Below, piece after piece: positions 28,746-36,358 of a DNA stretch of 64,000 nt. The DNA is taken from NCBI GenBank assembly GCA_013377005.1, contig JACABE010000002.1:7165-71164 (forward strand), written 5' to 3'. This DNA is from Bacteroidota bacterium (GTDB taxonomy: Bacteria > Bacteroidota > Bacteroidia > Bacteroidales > JACABE01). Within the stretch, counting starts at the first letter, position 1. The number at the start of each line of letters is the position of its first letter. The translations under genes and the position numbers were made by a program. The notes below the pieces were generated by a model, which was not told the origin of the DNA, searched no databases, and saw nothing but the letters and a program-made list of their open reading frames with translations.

Positions 28746-30134
28746 TTAAGAAAAATCAGGAGGTAAATCAATGCTATATTTCTGAACACGTCGGTAAAGT
28801 GCATTCCAATCCAGATTTAGCAATCTTGCTGCTTCTGCTTTATTAAAGTTCACTCTATGAAGTACGTTAAGAATAGTTTGTTTCTCTAATTCTTTCAGAT
28901 CATAGGGGTTAGTATCTGAGTATAAAGGTATTTTCATAATTTTTACAGAAGTAAAATGTGAAGGAGTTAACTCATTAGTCTGACAAATAATAACAGCTCT
29001 TTCTAATAAATTTTTCAGTTCTCTAATATTTCCAGGGAAAGGATAATTATTGAATAATTGAAAAACATCATCATTGATGGATTTAATCTTATTTTTACCC
29101 ATTTTTTTCGTCAAAATATTTAAAAAATAATTTGATAGTTCGGCAATATCACTTCTTCTTTCTCTTAAAGGAGGTAAATTAATAACAAAAGTTCCTAAAC
29201 GATGGAAAAGATCTAGGCGAAAAACTTTTCCTTCAGTTAATTCTTCGATAGATTTATTCGTAGCAGAAATTATACGAACATTAAAATCCTGTTCTCGTTG
29301 TGTACCAACTTTCGTAAATTTACGATCTTCCAGTACTCTTAATAATTTTATCTGTAAAGCAATTGGCATTTCTCCAATTTCATCCAAAAATAATGTACCA
29401 TTATTCGTTTCTTCAAACCAACCAGCTCTATCAACAATTGCACCAGTAAAACTTCCCTTTTTGTGTCCAAAAAATTCACTTTCAAATAAAGATTCGGGAA
29501 CAGCTGACATATTTACAGCTCCAAATAATTGACAATTTCGTTTACTAAGATTATGAATTCCACGAGCTACTAGCTCTTTCCCTGTACCACTTTCTCCAAT
29601 AATCAATACAGATGTATCAGGTGTTTCTGCAACCATTTCCATTTGTTGCTTAATATTGATAATATCTATTGACTTACCAATAATCATCTGCCCTAATTCA
29701 TTGCTTACTGTTTTTTTGAGTAAATTATTTTCCTTATTTACATGAGTAAGTTTTTCTTTTAAAGCTGAGAATTTTTGTGTGCGTTCAATTGAAAACCAAA
29801 TTTCAGGAGCTGTAAAAGGTTTTTTCAGAAAATCGACAGCACCTTTGCGTAAAGCACCAATTACAGTATCCATATCTCCCGAACCACTTATCATAATCAC
29901 CTCAGTACCGGGGTATTCACATCTAACTTTATCTATTACTTTTAACCCACTCATTTCGGGTAATTGAAAATCAGAAATAATAATATCTATGGATTGTTTA
30001 TTAAGAATATCAAAGCCTAGTGAAGGACTTTCTACAGCAATTACTTCAAATTTATCTTTTAAAACTGAACGTAAAAGGTTTCGATATATTGGATCATCAT
30101 CAATAACCAAAATATTTAATTTATCGTCTTTCAT
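28746..30134 (-). CDS. Sigma-54-dependent response regulator (REC - AAA+ - HTH), paralog 1
   Basis: 462 aa, collinear with 27056-28444 and carrying the same motifs: GESGTGKE, GSFTGA, LFLDEIGE, NKAEAARLLNLDWNALYRRVQK. Confidence 0.92.
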   Translation of the reverse strand: MKDDKLNILVIDDDPIYRNLLRSVLKDKFEVIAVESPSLGFDILNKQSIDIIISDFQLPEMSGLKVIDKVRCEYPGTEVIMISGSGDMDTVIGALRKGAVDFLKKPFTAPEIWFSIERTQKFSALKEKLTHVNKENNLLKKTVSNELGQMIIGKSIDIINIKQQMEMVAETPDTSVLIIGESGTGKELVARGIHNLSKRNCQLFGAVNMSAVPESLFESEFFGHKKGSFTGAIVDRAGWFEETNNGTLFLDEIGEMPIALQIKLLRVLEDRKFTKVGTQREQDFNVRIISATNKSIEELTEGKVFRLDLFHRLGTFVINLPPLRERRSDIAELSNYFLNILTKKMGKNKIKSINDDVFQLFNNYPFPGNIRELKNLLERAVIICQTNELTPSHFTSVKIMKIPLYSDTNPYDLKELEKQTILNVLHRVNFNKAEAARLLNLDWNALYRRVQKYSIDLPPDFS

Positions 30135-30226
30135 CTTTATTATTTACTAAATTATTAGCTACAATCTGTTTATTGGTCTATTTTTACAATTAAAGTAGAA
30201 TACTATTAAATTTACATTAAGGTTAG

Positions 30227-30745
30227 TTAGTTATATACAAAAATAATGGGATAAGTACATGCATAAGAACCAATAGGATTAACTTCAGTTGATCCAACAT
30301 GTAAGGTAGATCCAACACTCACAATTAATTCACTGTTTGACTTTGAACTTCCAGCTTTTGGCATATCAACAGTCCATGTATCTAAATACATATAATTTAC
30401 TCCGTTTTGATGATAAATATATACTGGACTACTAGGAAGAATTACTTGTACAGTATTATTTTGAGTGCCAAAAATCGAAAATATTCCTTGTTGAGCAACA
30501 CCTTCTGAAAGCATCACAGATCCATTAGATGTGCGCGTACCCTGAGGTGAAACAACAACATTGCCACCATTACCCATCGTAGAAAACTGCCCAAAACTCA
30601 AAGGTTTTATTTCAGTAGCAACTGTTGCAGGTACTATTTCTGCGAATACAGTGCCTGTACATGTAATTTGCCCGAAAGTATTATAATTTGTCATTATAAT
30701 AACTAAAACTATAATTATTTTTGAAAGAGTATTTAGTTTTTTCAT
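30227..30745 (-). CDS. DUF4402-like secreted subunit (minor-type paralog B)
   Basis: The start is taken at MKKLNTLSKIIIVLVIIMTNYNTFGQ (ATG at 30743-30745). LSFGQF, GSTLHVG...GSYACTYPIIFVYN. Confidence 0.8.
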   Translation of the reverse strand: MKKLNTLSKIIIVLVIIMTNYNTFGQITCTGTVFAEIVPATVATEIKPLSFGQFSTMGNGGNVVVSPQGTRTSNGSVMLSEGVAQQGIFSIFGTQNNTVQVILPSSPVYIYHQNGVNYMYLDTWTVDMPKAGSSKSNSELIVSVGSTLHVGSTEVNPIGSYACTYPIIFVYN

Positions 30746-31102
30746 GTGGACTAATTTTAAGTTTTTATATAAGAACTTATTTATCGTCTTATCACATGTA
30801 AAAGTACTCTCACAATAGGCAATTTCTTGTAAGATAAAGGCTAAATATTTGTAAGGAAAAAGCGATTTCATTTGTAGGGAAAATCTTACAAAGAAATACG
30901 CTTAGTGAATATAATATTAGCGTATTAATTTAGATAGGTAGCAAAAATGTTATTTTTGTTTCTAGATTGAGACCGTTGCAAACAAAATATTGAAAATAAG
31001 ACATAAATACATAGAATACAATTTTTTGTATTGATTTATTTTGCAACGGTTTCAATACTCTATTTCGTTTTTAAACTTCTTTTAAATCCAATGATTTTCG
31101 TA

Positions 31103-31152
31103 TTGGCTAAAAGTAAATAAGTAATAATAACTAATTATTTACTTTTAGCCAA
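31103..31152 (-). terminator. 17-bp perfect stem hairpin after the kinase operon
   Basis: ttggctaaaagtaaata (31103-31119) pairs with tatttacttttagccaa (31136-31152), 34 nt after the stop at 31186. Confidence 0.6.
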
Positions 31153-31185
31153 GCAATAATAGAAAATGAATATAATATCTTTTTA

Positions 31186-32277
31186 TTAATCACTACCCTT
31201 AGGAAGAAATACAATGAAATTTGTACCTAAACCTGGTTTACTTTCTACTATTATTTTCCCATTATTTTGATAAACAAAATCTTTTACCAAAAATAGCCCC
31301 AAACCGGTTCCCATCTCATTTTTAGTACCAAGAGAAGTGTAATGTGTATTCTGATTAAAAATTTTATTTATTATTTCTTCTGACATCCCAATTCCTGTAT
31401 CTTTGATGCTAATAGAAACAAAATCTCCTGAATCTTCAGTATCAATAGATATTGTACCATTATCTGGAGTAAATTTAATAGCATTTGAAATAATATTACG
31501 AAATGCCGTATGCATGGTTACCTCATCAAAAAATGCTATTGTACTTTCAGGAATATTTAAATTAATTATGATATTCTTGTTTTGAACATTGCCTTTTAAA
31601 AGATATAAGCATTCTGAAAGTATAATATGAATATTAGTTAATTTTGGAAAAAGAGAAATATTATCGCTATGAAGTTTTGTCCATTCGAGCAAATTATTAA
31701 GAAGAGTCGTTGTTTCTGTAGTTCTTTGTTTCAACAGATTGAAAATTTTCATAAAATCATCACTCCCCATCTCAAGAAATCCATTTGAAATAGCATCAAT
31801 CGTTTGAGTGATACCAGATAATGGAGAACGAATATCGTGAGCAATAATAGAATATAATTTATCACGGGTTCTGTTCATTTCTATTATTTTCTTTCGTGAA
31901 CCAGCCAGTTCAAGATGTGTTTTTACTCGCATCAGCAATTCATCCTTTTTAAAAGGTTTTGACATATAATCAACAGCTCCTGCTTTAAAGCCATCAACCA
32001 AATCATCTGTTTGATTTTTCGCAGTAATAAAAATCACAGGAATGTTTTTGGTTTTTGGATTTTCTTTTATTTTCTTTTGGACTTCAAAGCCATCCATGAT
32101 TGGCATCATGATATCTAACAAAATCAAGTCAATATCATTGTCTTCTAATATTTTCAATGCATTTTCGCCATTAAGGGCAAGTGCTATTTTGTAGCCTTCA
32201 TCTCTCAGTAAGCTGCTAAGAATTCTTAAATTTTCCTGGTTATCATCAACTGCGAGTATATATTTATCTTCGTTCAT
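31186..32277 (-). CDS. REC-HisKA-HATPase (receiver-controlled histidine kinase)
   Basis: REC: LAVDDNQENL...LILLDIMMPIMDG...SKPF. H-box SIIAHDIRSPLSG. N-box ISNAIKFTP. DTGIGM. GTGLGL. The ATG lies 4 nt after the upstream stop. Confidence 0.92.
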   Translation of the reverse strand: MNEDKYILAVDDNQENLRILSSLLRDEGYKIALALNGENALKILEDNDIDLILLDIMMPIMDGFEVQKKIKENPKTKNIPVIFITAKNQTDDLVDGFKAGAVDYMSKPFKKDELLMRVKTHLELAGSRKKIIEMNRTRDKLYSIIAHDIRSPLSGITQTIDAISNGFLEMGSDDFMKIFNLLKQRTTETTTLLNNLLEWTKLHSDNISLFPKLTNIHIILSECLYLLKGNVQNKNIIINLNIPESTIAFFDEVTMHTAFRNIISNAIKFTPDNGTISIDTEDSGDFVSISIKDTGIGMSEEIINKIFNQNTHYTSLGTKNEMGTGLGLFLVKDFVYQNNGKIIVESKPGLGTNFIVFLPKGSD

Positions 32278-32281
32278 ATTA

Positions 32282-35200
32282 TTAATTAATTAATTTAGTT
32301 ATTCTAGTAATTATTTGTGGAAAATTGTTAAGTGTTATTTTTAATGATTCAAAATCAACTGCATCAAGGTCATCTTTTATTTTATTAGCGTAATCAAGTA
32401 AAAACTGAAATTGATACTTTACTGCTAATTGTTGTAAACCATCAGCAAAAGTCTCTATTTTGTAGAGGAGAAGGTTGTCTTTAACATATTCCCAATCAGG
32501 TAAGTATTTTTGATTTATTACTTGTAGAATTTCAGGTATAGATTTCATGAGAGTCTCTGATAGGTTATCTAGATTTGACGTGTACAGTATTTTCTCATTT
32601 TCAGTTTTATTCTTAATTGTATATTTTAAAAATCTTGTAAGTTGACTATATATCTGTGCTCTACTTACAGGTTTTATAAGAAATCCATTAAAATAAACAG
32701 AATTCTCAATTTTTTGGGTGTCGAAAATAGAAGCAGTGAAAGCAACAATGGGTATATTATTTTTTTGCGGATTCTCTTTTATTCTTTTTGCTACTTCAAA
32801 CCCATCAATACCAGGCATACGAATATCAAGCAAGATTAAATCAGGAGAAATGTGTTCTAACTTTTCAAGAGCTGTTTCACCATCTTCAGCAGATAAAATT
32901 TTTAAACCAGATGTTATCAATAAACTTTCAATAGTTTCTATATTTGAAACAACATCATCTACTATTAAAATAGATGCTTCATTAAAAGTTATATTTTTAA
33001 TATTGTCCTCATTATCATTTTTTGGCAGTTTTTCTGTTTTTGTAATTTTTATATCTGGAATAATAATCTTAAACACAGATCCTTTCTCAATATTACTGGA
33101 AACAGAAATTTTTCCATTCATTTTTTCCACCAAACGTTTTGAAATAGCCAAACCTAAACCAACTCCACCATATTTTCGATTTGATTGACCGTGCTGTTGC
33201 CTAAAAGCTTCAAAAATTAAGTCTTGCTGAGATTCAGGAATTCCGATACCTGTATCTTCAACCTCTAACCGAAGCTCTCCTTCATTTTCATTGGTAATAG
33301 AGAAATAAGCAAAGATATTTACATGGCCTTGATTTGAAAATTTAATAGCATTTCCTACAAGGTTAAAAATTATTTGTTTGATTCTTATTTCATCAATTAT
33401 AAGTATCTCTGGAAAACCGGATTCAATGAAAATATTTAATTCCAGTCCTTTAGAAATAGCTTTATCTTTAAAAAGAACAATAATTTCATGCAATAAATTG
33501 CTTAAATTAATTGGTAAAGGTAAAATATCAAGTTTCCCTGCTTCAATTTTTGAAAGGTCGAGAATATCGTTAAGTAATGATAATAAAAGATTTCCACTAC
33601 TTAACACAGATTTTATCATTTCCTGATGTTGCCTTGATTCGAGTTTATGAAACAATGCCTCACTAAAACCAAGTATTGCATTCATTGGAGTACGAATTTC
33701 ATGACTCATATTGGCAATAAACTCAGATTTAGCAGTATTGGCTAGCTCTTCCTTTTTCTTTTCTTGGATTAAGCTATTTTCCAATTCAACTCTATTTTTA
33801 AAATTTACCAACATTTGAGAAAAAACAAATAAAAGTGTTTCTTCTTTTTCGGAATAAGTATGATGATGTTTAACTGAATCAAAACCAACAAAACCAATAC
33901 ACTGATTATCTTTCATCATAGGTATTGCTATCAAACTTTTTATTCCTTGATCCTTTATTATTGTTCTTACTCCATTTTCTTCAGGAAAAACTAATACATC
34001 AGGAATATTCAATGCGAGTCCTTTTTTGTGCGCTTCTACAAACTGAGGTATAACAGATAAAGGAACATTTTGTAATTCATCAAACTGGGAAGTTATTCCT
34101 TGAGCACACCATTCATAGGTATTGCTACAACTTTGATTTTCCCAATCGTATTCTAAAATATATGATCTGTCAGCATCCACAAAAAGACAAAGTTCTTCTA
34201 AAGATTTGTTTATTGTTGTATCAATTTCTGAAAGCGGAATATTAATATAAGTAGAAGAAATATTCATAAGAATTCTTTGCAACGATGCCTGATTAATAAG
34301 AGCAGCTTCAGTGTTTTTACGTTCAGTAATATCTGTTGCAACTCCAATTAGAGCAATTGGTTCATCTTTTTCGTTATAAATAATAGAAGAAGAAACATAA
34401 ACAGGAAATTCAGTACCATCTTTTTTAAGATTCAGTAATTCTCCATTCCAACCACCTTTAAGTGTTGATGAAAGAATACTTTTAATATCACCAACCAGAT
34501 TATTAGGAGAACGAATAATGCTTATTGAACTTCCTATTAAATCATGTTCTTCGTATTTATATGTTTTTAAAAATGCATTGTTAACAAAAAGTATATTATC
34601 ATTCATATCAGTAATGCTGACACATTCACCGATACTTCGTATTGCATGTGCAAGCATCAGCACGGTTTCCTCTGTCCGCTTTCGATTGGTAATATCTTCT
34701 CCAGAACTTAGCATACCTTGTATTTTACCATTATTGTCGGTAATTAAAGTATTGTGCCATGCAATTAAAAGTTTTTTACCAGTTTTAGTAATAATGCTAT
34801 TTTCGTAATAATCAGAAGGTAAAGATTTTCCGGTTATTATTCTTTGATAGTCATAAAAAACTCTGTCATATTCTTCCTTAGGAACACAGGTTTTAAACCA
34901 GTCTTTACCTTCTAAATCATCCAATGTATATTCAAGAACTTGACATGCTTTTTGATTGAGCATCGTAATTCTGGCATTATTATCATAAGCTACTAGCATT
35001 ACCTGAGCTACATTTAAATAAGTTTCTGCTTTTTGTTTTTCTTTAAGAGACGCTAATTCAGCCAATTTTCGATCCGTTACATTTCTAACAATAGCCAAAA
35101 CTTTATCATAATGTGTAGGTACTATACGTGATTCAAAAAATTCATTGACACCATTGATATTGAGTTCATAAGAAAATTGGACTAATTCTTTGTTTAACAA

Positions 35201-36358
35201 TGACATTTTAAATGCATTCTTTGCTTCTTCAGCTATATTAGATGGAAATAATTTAGTAATATTTAATCCTATAAGTTGTTCTTTTGGCACAAAGAGTTTT
35301 GAATTATCTTCAGTAAAAACATCTAAATAATCGCCATCTTTATTAAAGATAAACAATAAATCAGGAATTGCTTTTAAAATAGCAGCTTTTTGATTTTCAC
35401 TTTCTATTAAATCTTCTTCTATTTTTTTTCTTTTGCTAATATCACGAGTTACACCAAGAAAATATTTGAATTGGTGTTCATCATCATAAATTGCACTTAT
35501 TACAATCTCAGTCCATACTGTAGATCCATCTTTGCATGTTTGCTCTAAGATAAGTGGAACCGGTTCGAGTTTTTCTCCTGCTATAATTCTTGGAGTATAT
35601 TCAGCGAGTATATTATGTGCAATTTGAGCAGAATCAGGCGTTAATGTTTCATCAAAGGTTTGCTTAATACCTTCTTCCGCAGTAAAACCCCTTAGAATGA
35701 TTATAGACTGACTTATGTAGTGGTATTTACCAAATAAATCCATTGTCCATATTACATCGGTGGAATTTTCAGCCAGAAGTCTATATTTTTCTTCGCTTTC
35801 ACGAAGTGCTTCTTCCATTTTTCTCCTTATTTCATTCTCCTTTCCCAAATCTTCCAGTAAATTCAAGGTCGCTTTTTGAGTTAATATCAACTCATTGGTA
35901 CGTTCTTCAACTAAAGTACTTAACCGTTTTTCTTCGTTGCGTTTTTCTGTATTGGCTTTTTTAATTTTTACCATTGCACGAATTTGAGCAGTAAGTTCGC
36001 TTTCGTCAATAGGCTTAGCAAGAAAAGCTTCACCGCCAACTTCTAATGCCCTAATACGACTGTCTTTATCGCCTTTTAATGCAGTTACAAAAACTACCGG
36101 TATATCGCATAGCAATTCGTTGGATTTTAGTTTTCCACATACTTCAAACCCATCCATGCCTGGCATTACAACATCGAGCAAAATAACATCAGGATTTTCA
36201 TTAACAGCTAGCTCAATTCCATTTTCTCCGTTTAAAGCAGTAAAGATTTTAGCTTCAGGAAAAGCGTCATATACCATTGCTTTAATGGTGATTAGATTGT
36301 CTTCATTATCATCAATAGCTAGAATTTTTAACTTTTTATTTTCCATATAAGACCTCAT
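32282..36358 (-). CDS. Hybrid sensor kinase: REC - about 4-5 PAS - GAF - HisKA - HATPase - REC - helical tail
   Basis: 1358 aa. N-terminal REC (ILAIDDNEDN...VILLDVVMPGMDG). PAC boundaries RDISKRK, RNVTDRK, EDITNRK and TDITERK. H-box MSHEIRTPMNA. GVGLGL. C-terminal REC LILLDIRMPGIDG. An alternative ATG exists at 36346. The gene overlaps the upstream gene's stop. Confidence 0.92.
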   Translation of the reverse strand: MRSYMENKKLKILAIDDNEDNLITIKAMVYDAFPEAKIFTALNGENGIELAVNENPDVILLDVVMPGMDGFEVCGKLKSNELLCDIPVVFVTALKGDKDSRIRALEVGGEAFLAKPIDESELTAQIRAMVKIKKANTEKRNEEKRLSTLVEERTNELILTQKATLNLLEDLGKENEIRRKMEEALRESEEKYRLLAENSTDVIWTMDLFGKYHYISQSIIILRGFTAEEGIKQTFDETLTPDSAQIAHNILAEYTPRIIAGEKLEPVPLILEQTCKDGSTVWTEIVISAIYDDEHQFKYFLGVTRDISKRKKIEEDLIESENQKAAILKAIPDLLFIFNKDGDYLDVFTEDNSKLFVPKEQLIGLNITKLFPSNIAEEAKNAFKMSLLNKELVQFSYELNINGVNEFFESRIVPTHYDKVLAIVRNVTDRKLAELASLKEKQKAETYLNVAQVMLVAYDNNARITMLNQKACQVLEYTLDDLEGKDWFKTCVPKEEYDRVFYDYQRIITGKSLPSDYYENSIITKTGKKLLIAWHNTLITDNNGKIQGMLSSGEDITNRKRTEETVLMLAHAIRSIGECVSITDMNDNILFVNNAFLKTYKYEEHDLIGSSISIIRSPNNLVGDIKSILSSTLKGGWNGELLNLKKDGTEFPVYVSSSIIYNEKDEPIALIGVATDITERKNTEAALINQASLQRILMNISSTYINIPLSEIDTTINKSLEELCLFVDADRSYILEYDWENQSCSNTYEWCAQGITSQFDELQNVPLSVIPQFVEAHKKGLALNIPDVLVFPEENGVRTIIKDQGIKSLIAIPMMKDNQCIGFVGFDSVKHHHTYSEKEETLLFVFSQMLVNFKNRVELENSLIQEKKKEELANTAKSEFIANMSHEIRTPMNAILGFSEALFHKLESRQHQEMIKSVLSSGNLLLSLLNDILDLSKIEAGKLDILPLPINLSNLLHEIIVLFKDKAISKGLELNIFIESGFPEILIIDEIRIKQIIFNLVGNAIKFSNQGHVNIFAYFSITNENEGELRLEVEDTGIGIPESQQDLIFEAFRQQHGQSNRKYGGVGLGLAISKRLVEKMNGKISVSSNIEKGSVFKIIIPDIKITKTEKLPKNDNEDNIKNITFNEASILIVDDVVSNIETIESLLITSGLKILSAEDGETALEKLEHISPDLILLDIRMPGIDGFEVAKRIKENPQKNNIPIVAFTASIFDTQKIENSVYFNGFLIKPVSRAQIYSQLTRFLKYTIKNKTENEKILYTSNLDNLSETLMKSIPEILQVINQKYLPDWEYVKDNLLLYKIETFADGLQQLAVKYQFQFLLDYANKIKDDLDAVDFESLKITLNNFPQIITRITKLIN

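Noticed and set aside
30966-31058. A mobile element (MITE or IS remnant)
   Set aside because: I could not identify a target-site duplication, a transposase, or a second copy in the window. It is retained only as an unexplained inverted repeat.
32718-33188. Plus-strand ORFs antisense to the kinase genes: 32718-33188, 41076-41453, 45661-46023, 46575-46880, 56780-57124, 59030-59389, 61449-61832 and 62349-62777
   Set aside because: Each lies entirely inside a minus-strand gene whose product shows continuous, recognisable PAS/HisKA/HATPase/REC motifs. The antisense translations are low-complexity (S/I/F/L-rich) with no family resemblance.
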